Below, piece by piece: positions 47,805-56,174 of a stretch of DNA of 64,000 bases. Source of the DNA: Alphaproteobacteria bacterium. Lineage in GTDB: Bacteria > Pseudomonadota > Alphaproteobacteria > UBA8366. The notes below the pieces were generated by a model, which had not been told where the DNA came from, did not search any database, and worked only from the letters and a program-made list of their open reading frames with translations. Every line of letters begins with the position of its first letter. The stretch's first letter is position 1. Made by a program: the position numbers and the translations under genes. The stretch spans positions 158,684 through 222,683 of the forward strand of contig WHUA01000006.1 in NCBI GenBank assembly GCA_009377445.1, written 5' to 3'.

Positions 47805-48125
47805 ATGGCAGATCAGGTTCGCGCATCGCACATTCTCCTCATGTATGCCGGATCGTCGCGTTCGACCGCAACGCGGTCCAAGGACGAGGCGATGCAGGAG
47901 ATCAACGATCTCAAGGCGGCGGTCGACGGCGGGGCCGACTTCGGCGAGCTGGCCCGCGAGAATTCGGACTGTCCCTCGTCGCGCGACGGCGGCGACCTGG
48001 GCTGGTTCGGCCCGGGAATGATGGTCCCCGAATTCGACGACGCGGCGTTCGCGCTCGGCGTCGGCGACAGCAGCGGCGTCGTCGAAACGGCCTTTGGGTA
48101 TCATCTCATCCAGCGCACCGGCTGA
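47805..48125 (+). CDS. Single-domain parvulin peptidyl-prolyl isomerase
   Basis: RASHIL, SDCPS..GGDLG.F, MVPEF, ETAFGYHLI. Confidence 0.95.
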   Translation: MADQVRASHILLMYAGSSRSTATRSKDEAMQEINDLKAAVDGGADFGELARENSDCPSSRDGGDLGWFGPGMMVPEFDDAAFALGVGDSSGVVETAFGYHLIQRTG

Positions 48126-48150
48126 TCCGCCCGGCGGCCCTCCGCGGCGG

Positions 48151-48441
48151 TCAATCGGCCGAGCAGAGGGTGATCCGGCGGTTCTCGATCATGTCCTTAT
48201 ATTTCTCGCGGGTTTCCGCGAGGATCGGCGATTTGCCGTGCTCCTCGAAGGCCGCCTGGTCGCGGTAGCATTCGAACAGGAAGACCTTGTTGGCGTCGCG
48301 CTGCGGGATCAGCACGTCGAACTGCAGGCAGCCCGGCTCCGCCTCGCGCGTGCGGCTGGCGTGGCTGCGGATGACCTGCTCGAACGCCTTGCGGTGTTCC
48401 GGCTTGACGTCGAACTCGACGACGATCGCGATCTTGCTCAT
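48151..48441 (-). CDS. ABM-domain protein (putative quinol monooxygenase)
   Basis: FDVKP, EPGCLQFDV, FLFECYRD..AF..H. Confidence 0.88.
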   Translation of the reverse strand: MSKIAIVVEFDVKPEHRKAFEQVIRSHASRTREAEPGCLQFDVLIPQRDANKVFLFECYRDQAAFEEHGKSPILAETREKYKDMIENRRITLCSAD

Positions 48442-48507
48442 GGCTTCGCTCCCTGAAATGCGTGGCTTTATCGATCCTGCCGCCGAGGCTGCGTGGCGGA
48501 AGGACGA

Positions 48508-48900
48508 TTATTGCTGTTCGTGGCCGCGCATGCCAAGCGCCCACATGAGCCCCATGATGGATCCCTTCACGCGCGGCAGGAACCACAACGTCAGGAGCAG
48601 CGCGAGGGTCGGCCAAATGGCCGCCTGGAGCCAAAGATTGGGCTGGGCGAGCTGTTCGGTCAGCAGCAAGGGCGGGACGATCAAGTGACCGACGATGAGG
48701 ATCGTGAAATAGGGCGCGATGTCGGCGGTGTAGATGCGCCCCGTATCTTCTCCGCAGCTTGCGCAGGCGGACAGCGGCTTGAGGTAGCCCTGAAAGAGCT
48801 TGCCCTGGCCGCATTTCGGGCAGTGGCCCCCGAATCCCCGGCGCATCGCCGCGAAGATGAAGGACGCGCCCAGCTCCGGCCCGGTCGGTTGGGGATGCAC
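48508..48900 (-). CDS. DUF983 membrane protein with CxxC...CxxC
   Basis: CPKCGQGKLFQGYLK..CASCG, APYFTILIVGHL, LPRVKG; GTG start with AAGGAG. Confidence 0.85.
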   Translation of the reverse strand: MHPQPTGPELGASFIFAAMRRGFGGHCPKCGQGKLFQGYLKPLSACASCGEDTGRIYTADIAPYFTILIVGHLIVPPLLLTEQLAQPNLWLQAAIWPTLALLLTLWFLPRVKGSIMGLMWALGMRGHEQQ

Positions 48901-48964
48901 GGAAACCAACTCCTTCGCAGGCCGGCGGCGGCGCCTTGGGGCACACCTAGGGGCCCTGGCCCGT

Positions 48965-49789
48965 TCAATGTCCCCGCGCCGGCGGGATATGGACGCTTTC
49001 GCGGACGGCGGCAAGGCCGAGGCTCGCCAGGAACAAGGTGAAGGCGGCGACCACGACCGACGGCCCCGAGGGCGTATCCCAGCGCAGCGACGCGGTCAAG
49101 CCGAGCGCCACCGCGAGGATGCCGATGGCCGAGGCCAGGGCCGCCATTCCCTCCGGCGTCCGGGCGAAGCGGCGCGCGGTGGCCGCGGGGATGATCAGCA
49201 TAGACGTTATCAGCAGAATCCCCATGACCTTCATGGAGATGGCGACCACGACGGCGAGCAGCAGGGTGAATACGAGCCGCACGCGAAAGACCGCGACGCC
49301 TTCGGCGCGGGCCAGCTCCTCGTGCACGGTCATGGCGAGCAGGTCGCGCCAAATCGCCGCAAGGACGATCAGGGCCAAGGCGCCGCCGGCGTAGATGGCG
49401 ATCAGGTCCTGCGCCGTCACCGCCAGGATGTCGCCGAACAGATAGCCCAGCAGGTCGACCCGCATCGACCCCATCAGGCTCAGCGCCACGAGGCCGATGG
49501 ACAGCGCGGTGTGCGACAGGATGCCGAGCAGGGTGTCGGTCGCGATCCGCCGCTGCTCCTGCAGCGCGACGATGGCGAGCGAGAAGACGACGCATGTGAC
49601 GGCGATGCCGGCCGTCAGCTCGATGGACAGCAGGAAGCCGAGCGCAACCCCCAGGAGGGCGGAGTGGGCAAGCGAATCGCCGAAATAGGCCATGCGCCGC
49701 CAGACCACGAAACAGCCGAGCGGGCCCGCGACGATGGCGAGGCCGATGCCGCCGAGCAGGGCGTAGAGCAGGAAGTTATCGAAGATCAC
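48965..49789 (-). CDS. znuB: Zinc ABC transporter permease
   Basis: GPLGCFVVWRRMAYFGDSLAH, YLFGDIL, DTPSGPS. Confidence 0.93.
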   Translation of the reverse strand: MIFDNFLLYALLGGIGLAIVAGPLGCFVVWRRMAYFGDSLAHSALLGVALGFLLSIELTAGIAVTCVVFSLAIVALQEQRRIATDTLLGILSHTALSIGLVALSLMGSMRVDLLGYLFGDILAVTAQDLIAIYAGGALALIVLAAIWRDLLAMTVHEELARAEGVAVFRVRLVFTLLLAVVVAISMKVMGILLITSMLIIPAATARRFARTPEGMAALASAIGILAVALGLTASLRWDTPSGPSVVVAAFTLFLASLGLAAVRESVHIPPARGH

Positions 49790-50637
49790 TCGTGCGCCCC
49801 ATCGCCGTGCGCCCCATCGCCGTGCGCCCCATGGCGGTGCGTCTCTTCGGCCCCCTTCACCTCGCCCGCGAGGGTGTGCTCGTGGTCGTGATGATGGGTG
49901 TAGACGGCGAAGCTGTCGGCCGCGTGCGGGCCGAATATCTGCAGGTAGGCCGGGTGCTTGCTGACAGTGCCCGGCTTGCCTTCGCAGCAGATGTGGCCGT
50001 TGAGGCAGATCACGCGGTCGGTCGCCGCCATGACCAGGTGAAGATCGTGCGAGATGGTGAGCACGCCGCAGCCGCGCCGGTCCCGGATCCGGCGGACCAG
50101 CTCGAACAGCTCGATCTGGCCATTGAAATCGACGTTCGCCGTCGGCTCGTCGAGCACCAGCAGGTCGGATTGGCGCAGCAGGGCGCGGGCGATCAGGACC
50201 CGCTGCAGCTCGCCGCCGGACAGGCTGTTGGCCGCGGCGTCGAGCAGGTGGCGCGCGCCGACCTCGTCCAGCACCTGCTCCATCTGCGTTCGCGACGCAC
50301 GCGCCGTCAGCGTCAGCAGGCGGCTCACGGGCAGCGGCAGGACGATGTCGATCGGCAGCTTCTGCGGCACGTAACCGGTGCGCAGGCCGGGCCGGCGCGT
50401 CACCTTGCCCGCATTGGGCGCGACGACGCCCAGCAGGATGCGCGCCAGGGTCGACTTGCCCGACCCGTTCGGGCCGATCAGCGCGACGATCTCGCCCGGC
50501 CGCACGTCGATCTGCACGTCGTGCAGGACTTCGCGCCCGTCGAATGACTTGCAGATATGCGCGGCGGTCACGAGCGGCGCGGAATCGGGCTGCACGCGCT
50601 CAGGCTTCGGCTCGGTCGTTTCGGCGGTCGGGAACAT
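49786..50637 (-). CDS. znuC: Zinc ABC transporter ATPase with His-rich tail
   Basis: GPNGSGKS, YVPQ, LSGGE, SHDLHLVM..CLNGHICC, YTHHHDHEH. Confidence 0.93.
   Translation of the reverse strand: MFPTAETTEPKPERVQPDSAPLVTAAHICKSFDGREVLHDVQIDVRPGEIVALIGPNGSGKSTLARILLGVVAPNAGKVTRRPGLRTGYVPQKLPIDIVLPLPVSRLLTLTARASRTQMEQVLDEVGARHLLDAAANSLSGGELQRVLIARALLRQSDLLVLDEPTANVDFNGQIELFELVRRIRDRRGCGVLTISHDLHLVMAATDRVICLNGHICCEGKPGTVSKHPAYLQIFGPHAADSFAVYTHHHDHEHTLAGEVKGAEETHRHGAHGDGAHGDGAHE
49791..49835. repeat. 15-bp tandem repeat x3 (His/Gly-rich, HGDGA-type) at the znuC 3' end
   Basis: CGTGCGCCCCATCGC x2 plus CGTGCGCCCCATGGC. Confidence 0.9.
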
Positions 50638-50640
50638 GCA

Positions 50641-50657
50641 GTGTTATAGTACAACAC
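50641..50657. promoter_or_regulatory. Zur-box-like palindrome immediately upstream of znuC
   Basis: GTGTTAT-AGT-ACAACAC versus TGTTAT-N3-ATAACA. Confidence 0.75.
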
Positions 50658-50691
50658 TGCCGCGCCGGGCCAGCCGAAAGCCGGTGCGTTC

Positions 50692-53256
50692 TCAGGCCAC
50701 CCCGGCTTGCTGGCCGACAGCGATCTGCGCGCCGGTTTCCTCGTGCCCGTAGACGGTGTAGCTCTGGCCGTCGATGGTCGCCGTGTCGGTCTCGGTCCAG
50801 CCTTCGCCGATGTCGACCTGGTCGCCTGCGTCGGCATCGATGACCAGGCTGTCGGCCAGGCCGGTGAAGGCGTTCACGCCGTCGGTGAGGCTCAAAACGG
50901 CATCCGCGTCGATGGTGAGGGTGGCGTTGCCGCCGCCGGTCAGGTCGATCCGCTCGATGCCGGTTACCTGGTTCGCGGCAAGCTGGCCGAGATTGAAGCT
51001 CTCGCCCGCGCCGGTGAACTGCAGCGTATCCGTTCCCGCGCCGCCGGCGATCTGGGTGAAGGTCAGGTCCGGCACCTGGAACAGGTCGTTGCCGTCGCCG
51101 CCGAGTAGCGTGTCGCCCGCGGCGCCGATCAGTATGTCGTCGCCGGGCCCGCCGTCGACGCTGTCGCTGTCGGTATTCGGGGCTACGATGGGCGAAATGT
51201 CGACCGCGACCACGAGGTCCTGGTAATCGCTGTCGCCGCCGGCAAGGTCTTCAAAGCCGATGACGAGCTGGCCGTCGGCGCTGCCGAGGCCGCTGACCGC
51301 ATGGTCGATTCCGTCGGCGTTCAGCGCGGGGCTCGCGGTATGGAAGACCGCGCCTTGGACTGCGATCTCGGTTTGGCCGTCGTCGGAAACGAAGAACAGG
51401 CCCGGGTTCGCGGTGTCGACCGTGGCGGGGTTGCCGTTGGCGTCGCGGAACTCGAAGCTGCCGTTCTGGAACTGGCCGAAGTCGTTCAGCCCGGCACCGT
51501 CGGCGACCAGGAAGAAGCCGAAGGTGTCGCCGGCCCCGACGTCGAGCGAGACGCTGTCGCCGGCTTGCAGCTCGCCGCCGCTGCCACTGGCCGACGCATC
51601 GTCCCAGACGAACTGCACGTCGCTCAATTCGCCGTTCGGCCCGATTGTGTAGTAGCCCAGCGAATTCTGCTGGCCCGCCCCCTCGCTCTGGAAGGTGACG
51701 GAAACGGTATGGTCCGCCTGCAGCGTGAGGTCCGCCGAATCGACGCCGTTCACGACTGCCGGATCGACCGCCTGCCCGTCGGCGAGCGCCGGAATGGCCG
51801 CCGTGGTGACGAAGTCGTGGACGACCGGCGCGGCCGAGCCGCCGTTGTTCGCGTTCAGCACATCGTTGCCCGCGCCGCCGAGGATGACGTCGCTGCCGTT
51901 GTTGCCGATGACGGTGTCGTTGCCACCCTGGGTGTCGATGTTGTCTCCGAAGATGCTGCCGACGACGGTTTCGTTGCCGTCGTTGCCGAGGAAATCGACC
52001 GGACCGCCGGCGCCGCTGAAGTCGAACACAAGCGATTCCAGCGCGGCGACGGTCGTTTGCAGCGCTTCGGGCAGCGTCTCCCCGGCGCTCGCGAGGAGCG
52101 GAATCACCGGCGCCTGTTCGCCCGATGCCAACTCGTCCAGCAACTGCTGGAGCTGCGTCGCGACGCTGGGAAGCTGGACCAGCGTGTCGAATGCGCCCGG
52201 CCCGATCAGCTCCGGCCCCAGCAGGGCCGCGACGCTCTGCCCGACGCTGCCGGGCTGGCCGTCGCCCGGCTGGTTGGCGCCCTGGTCGCCCGGCGTGTCG
52301 GCGTCCTGGTTTTCGGCCGGCGGCTGGCTCAGATAGACGCCCGGCGCGACGCTCGATACGGCCTTGTAGATCGCGGCGTATTCGGTGGGCGACAGGACGA
52401 AGACGCTGGCGGGCGGCGCGTTGATGTTGGTGACCTGGGTGGTCGCGCCGGACTGGCTCATCGTCACGCTGCCGGCATTCGTCTCCACCATGATCGAGCC
52501 GTTGAGCACGGTGAACTGGCCGCCGAGGTCGTCGAGGTTGCCCGTCACCACGGTGCCGCGGATGCCGATCAGGGCAACCGGCGTGTTGACGGTCATGTGG
52601 CTCGGATCCTTCTTCGCCACCAGGCCGCTGGTGAAGATGAAGACGCCCTTGAGCATCGAGAAGGAGACTTCGCCGGAATGATCCTGCGGATTGAAGGTGA
52701 GCTGATCGAGGGCCAGCCTCGCGTCCGGGCCGATCGCGAAGGTCGTCTGGTCGACCAGGAGGATGCGGACGGCGCTGCCGCTGCCCGCGGTCTCGATCAC
52801 GTCGCCCTGGTAGAGCGGGTCGCCGGTCCCGAGCTCGACCCGCGTTCCATCGGCGCGGACGGCGAAGACGCGCCCGCTGAGCTCCGACACCTGGCCGATC
52901 TGGGGGCCGCTCGCCGGCAGGCCGAGCTGGGCGTATTGCCCGGCGGTCGACGGCACGACGAACGACTCGATCATTTCGGGCGATGCGGCGCGCGCGCCGT
53001 CGGCGGTGACGAGGTCCGGCGCCGGATCGGCGGTGAAATAGCCGCGGACGACGATGCTTCGCCCGGCCGCGTCGGCGGCGATCAGGTCGCTGCCGTGCCG
53101 CACGTATTGCGCGTCGGACAGAAAGGTCGCATCCGGCACGGTGACGGACGTCTGTCCGGCGGCGTCGACGTAAGCCGGTTCGGTCGATCCTTGCGTTTCT
53201 TCCGCCTTACCCGTCGTGTCTTGCGCGATCACCCGATGCCTCCGCCGCGCCGTCAT
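50692..53256 (-). CDS. Large acidic protein: FecR-like domain, GGxGxD repeats, DUF4114-like domain (likely T1SS substrate)
   Basis: GDVIET...GVFIFTSG...NTPVALIGIRGT; GGAGND and GGDGND repeats; FEDLAGGDSDYQD; no signal peptide. Start uncertain. Confidence 0.8.
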   Translation of the reverse strand: MTARRRHRVIAQDTTGKAEETQGSTEPAYVDAAGQTSVTVPDATFLSDAQYVRHGSDLIAADAAGRSIVVRGYFTADPAPDLVTADGARAASPEMIESFVVPSTAGQYAQLGLPASGPQIGQVSELSGRVFAVRADGTRVELGTGDPLYQGDVIETAGSGSAVRILLVDQTTFAIGPDARLALDQLTFNPQDHSGEVSFSMLKGVFIFTSGLVAKKDPSHMTVNTPVALIGIRGTVVTGNLDDLGGQFTVLNGSIMVETNAGSVTMSQSGATTQVTNINAPPASVFVLSPTEYAAIYKAVSSVAPGVYLSQPPAENQDADTPGDQGANQPGDGQPGSVGQSVAALLGPELIGPGAFDTLVQLPSVATQLQQLLDELASGEQAPVIPLLASAGETLPEALQTTVAALESLVFDFSGAGGPVDFLGNDGNETVVGSIFGDNIDTQGGNDTVIGNNGSDVILGGAGNDVLNANNGGSAAPVVHDFVTTAAIPALADGQAVDPAVVNGVDSADLTLQADHTVSVTFQSEGAGQQNSLGYYTIGPNGELSDVQFVWDDASASGSGGELQAGDSVSLDVGAGDTFGFFLVADGAGLNDFGQFQNGSFEFRDANGNPATVDTANPGLFFVSDDGQTEIAVQGAVFHTASPALNADGIDHAVSGLGSADGQLVIGFEDLAGGDSDYQDLVVAVDISPIVAPNTDSDSVDGGPGDDILIGAAGDTLLGGDGNDLFQVPDLTFTQIAGGAGTDTLQFTGAGESFNLGQLAANQVTGIERIDLTGGGNATLTIDADAVLSLTDGVNAFTGLADSLVIDADAGDQVDIGEGWTETDTATIDGQSYTVYGHEETGAQIAVGQQAGVA

Positions 53257-53361
53257 GATCGGTCGCGGTCAATTTATTGCGCGCACTATCGCATCGAATC
53301 GGGGGAAGTGCCGAGAAAATTCCGACTACCTCCTTTGGCGAAGACGCCGATTTTCGCGATG

Positions 53362-54294
53362 TCAGGCGACGAGGCCGAAGGGCTTGTTGCCGCCGAGGCT
53401 GCGCGCCGCCGCGTCGATCTCCCTGGCGTAGGGGAGGCTGAGCTGAGCGCCGAGCTTGGTGCAGGCGAGCGCGGCCCCGGCGGAGGCGCGGCGCACCGCT
53501 TCCTCCATATCGAAGCCCTTGTCCAGGGACGCGCAGAGCACCCCGGCGAACGCATCGCCCGCGCCCGTCGTGTCGACGGTGGACACCGGGAGCGCCGGGA
53601 CGAGGAAACCACCATCCGGACCGAAGCAGATCGCGCCTTCCGCGCCGAGCGTCATGATGCAGGAAAAGCCGTATCGCTTGGTCAGGCCGGACACGATGTC
53701 GGCGGGCTTCGCCGCGGCGACGCCGGCGGCCTCGGCCACCATTCGCCCTTCGATCCGGTTGACCAGCAGGACGTCGATGCCATGCAGCACGCGTTCCGGA
53801 ATCCGTCCCGCGGGGGCTGCGCTCAGCATGATGCGCGCGCCGGCCGACCGCGCCAGGCTCGCCGCCTTCCAGTTCTCGTCGGGCGGCACCTCCATCTGCA
53901 AGGCCAGCCAGTCTCCCCGGCGCAGCGTTCGCCCCGCCATCTGAGACGCGCGCACGTCGAGGTTGGCGCCCGAGGCGACGACGATGGCGTTCTCGCCGGC
54001 ATCGTCGACGCAAACGCTGGCGCAGCAGGTCGGGCGAGGCGAAATGCCGACTCCCGACAGATCCAGCGCCTCGCGGCGGAGCAGCGACAGGGCGGTATCG
54101 GCGAAGGCGTCGCGCCCGACGCAGCCGATCATCCCCACGCCCGCGCCGGCGCGGGCCGCGGCCAACGCCTGGTTGGCGCCCTTGCCGCCGGGGGCGAGGA
54201 AGTATTCCGGGCATAGCATCGTCTCGCCCGGCCGCGGCAGCGACGGCACACGCATGACCATGTCGACGTTTATCGAGCCGAAGACGGTGATCAT
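53362..54294 (-). CDS. rbsK: Ribokinase (PfkB family)
   Basis: VFGSINVD, PGGKGANQA, DTTGAGDAF. Confidence 0.9.
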   Translation of the reverse strand: MITVFGSINVDMVMRVPSLPRPGETMLCPEYFLAPGGKGANQALAAARAGAGVGMIGCVGRDAFADTALSLLRREALDLSGVGISPRPTCCASVCVDDAGENAIVVASGANLDVRASQMAGRTLRRGDWLALQMEVPPDENWKAASLARSAGARIMLSAAPAGRIPERVLHGIDVLLVNRIEGRMVAEAAGVAAAKPADIVSGLTKRYGFSCIMTLGAEGAICFGPDGGFLVPALPVSTVDTTGAGDAFAGVLCASLDKGFDMEEAVRRASAGAALACTKLGAQLSLPYAREIDAAARSLGGNKPFGLVA

Positions 54295-54518
54295 CCGCAT
54301 GATCCGCGCTGCGCCGCCCCGAACGGCGGCGCAATCTCCATGCGACATGAGAACGGGCACCGTCAAGTGTTCCGGGACGCGCCGGGAGTCCCCGGGCCCG
54401 GCACGTGAACGAGCAGGCCCCTCCTGCCGAAGGTTAAGCTGATATACTTTCGTCCGTGGAAGGCGCGGCGGGTTGGCTTCGATCAACGCGGCGAACGCCG
54501 CGCCGGTTCCGGGAGGGC

Positions 54519-55313
54519 ATGATGATCGTAGACAGCCACTTTCACGCCTGGTCGCCGGCTAGCAGCCTCGCCGCCGACCGCGCCTATGCGCCGGCCGCCG
54601 CCACGACTATCGAGGACGCGCTCGTGATGCAGGTGCGCCACGGCGTGGACCATGCGGTGATGATCCAGCCCAGCTTCCTCGGCACGGACAACAGCTACAT
54701 CCTCGACTGCCTGAAGGCGCATCCGAACCGGCTCCGCGCGACCGTCGTCGTCGATCCCGCCATCTCGGAGGCAGAACTGGAGGCGATGGACCGGCTCGGC
54801 GTGGTCGGCTTTCGCCTGAACCTGCATAGCGCGAGGTCGATGCCGAACTACGCCAGCCCGCTCTATCACCGGCTCTACGACTGGGCGGCGGCGCACGGCT
54901 GGCATGCGGAGGTGATCGCCCAGGGCGCGATCTGGGCGGACGTGCTGCTACGCCTCAAGCCATGGAAGCTGGCGGTGGTGGTCGACCACTTCGGCATGCC
55001 GAGCCCGGCCGCCGATCCCGATGAGATCGGTTTCGGCGCGGTGCTCGAAGCCGGGCGGGAAGGCAGGGCGTGGGTGAAGTTTTCCGCGCCCTACCGCCAG
55101 GAAGTCCCGGACCTGGCGCGCTACGCCGCGCGCTTGCTGGCGGCTTTCGGCCGCGACCGCATCGTCTGGGCGAGCGATTATCCGTGGACCAACCACGAGG
55201 CCGGGCGCAGCTATCCGGCTCTGCTCGACGCGCTGTCCGGATGGGTTCCGGACGACGAGCTGCGCCAGGCCATACTGGGCCCCAATGCCGCGCGGCTGTT
55301 CCGCTTCGGCTGA
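54519..55313 (+). CDS. Amidohydrolase_2 family protein (lactonase-like)
   Basis: DSHFH, QPSFLGTDN, VDHFG, WVKFSAPYR, WASDYPW. Confidence 0.9.
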   Translation: MMIVDSHFHAWSPASSLAADRAYAPAAATTIEDALVMQVRHGVDHAVMIQPSFLGTDNSYILDCLKAHPNRLRATVVVDPAISEAELEAMDRLGVVGFRLNLHSARSMPNYASPLYHRLYDWAAAHGWHAEVIAQGAIWADVLLRLKPWKLAVVVDHFGMPSPAADPDEIGFGAVLEAGREGRAWVKFSAPYRQEVPDLARYAARLLAAFGRDRIVWASDYPWTNHEAGRSYPALLDALSGWVPDDELRQAILGPNAARLFRFG

Positions 55314-55326
55314 CCGAGGCGCGCGG

Positions 55327-55572
55327 TCAGTTGCGGAACGGGTCGCGCTTATCCAGGTTGCAAAGCTCCAGCACGTCGTCGAGCTCCAGGACGTCGTATT
55401 CCTCCCCCAGGAAGGCGATGTCGTCCTCGACATCGAAGTCCGTGTCCTCGTCGAGCGTGTCCTCGATCTGCTCCGCATACTCGTCGAAATTTTCCGCGAG
55501 GATCTCCTCGCGTGCGATGGCGTCAATGATCTTGGGCTCGATGCGGTGCGCCCCGACTCTTGTACGGGCCAT
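55327..55572 (-). CDS. Small, very acidic protein (81 aa, 27 D/E)
   Basis: MARTRVGAHRIEPK...EDTLDEDTDFDVEDD...DPFRN; GAGGGG RBS; GC3-rich codons. Confidence 0.8.
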   Translation of the reverse strand: MARTRVGAHRIEPKIIDAIAREEILAENFDEYAEQIEDTLDEDTDFDVEDDIAFLGEEYDVLELDDVLELCNLDKRDPFRN

Positions 55573-55636
55573 TTTCTTTGTCCCCTCTTCAATCACATAC
55601 GGCGTTCTGCCATCGACGAGGCTATCGGTGATTTAT

Positions 55637-55652
55637 TTAAAAAACTGTAAAC
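55637..55652. promoter_or_regulatory. CtrA-like site
   Basis: TTAA-aaaactg-TAAAC versus TTAA-N7-TTAAC (1 mismatch), 65 bp upstream of the acidic ORF. Confidence 0.4.
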
Positions 55653-55748
55653 GGAAATTGCCGTCTTCTGCGGATGTTGCAGCGATGCCCGCCATGCTAC
55701 GATAGGACCCGCTTTGGGTGACGCAGGCTTTGGATCTCGGAATACGCC

Positions 55749-56060
55749 ATGTCTGATACGGACTTACTGAAACCGGCTTATTTTCGGCTTCCGGTGGATC
55801 GGGAGGCGGTGGCCCAGAACTGGAGCGGCCGCGGCTACTCCTGCCACGATTTCGTCGACCCCCCGGGGCGCGCCTGGCTCGACTTCCTGCACGACTGCAA
55901 CGAAGTGCTGACCGTGATCGAAGGCCGGCTCGAGCTCGAGGTGAAGGGGCGGCGGGTCGTCGTCTCGCCCGGCGACGAGGTGTTCATTCCGAAGGGCGCC
56001 AGCCATTCGGTCTTCAACGTCCACGACGGCACGACGGTCTGGCTCTACGGCTACGACTGA
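55749..56060 (+). CDS. Cupin domain protein
   Basis: FLHDCNE...EGRLE, PGDEVFIPKGASHSV. Confidence 0.88.
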   Translation: MSDTDLLKPAYFRLPVDREAVAQNWSGRGYSCHDFVDPPGRAWLDFLHDCNEVLTVIEGRLELEVKGRRVVVSPGDEVFIPKGASHSVFNVHDGTTVWLYGYD

Positions 56061-56174
56061 CGGGCGGCCCTGCCGGTCCTATGGCTGGGCCGGCGCCAGC
56101 GCGCTATCATCGCTCCAACAAGAAAATCCGGCGCATGGTCAGTAGAGGCGCCGGCATCGAACGGAGGAGCACGT

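Noticed and set aside
47805-48125. Pin1-like phospho-specific parvulin acting with the kinase-fold protein
   Set aside because: The loop lacks the Lys/Arg-Arg phosphate-binding set (MYAGSSR here) and the genes are 45 kb apart.
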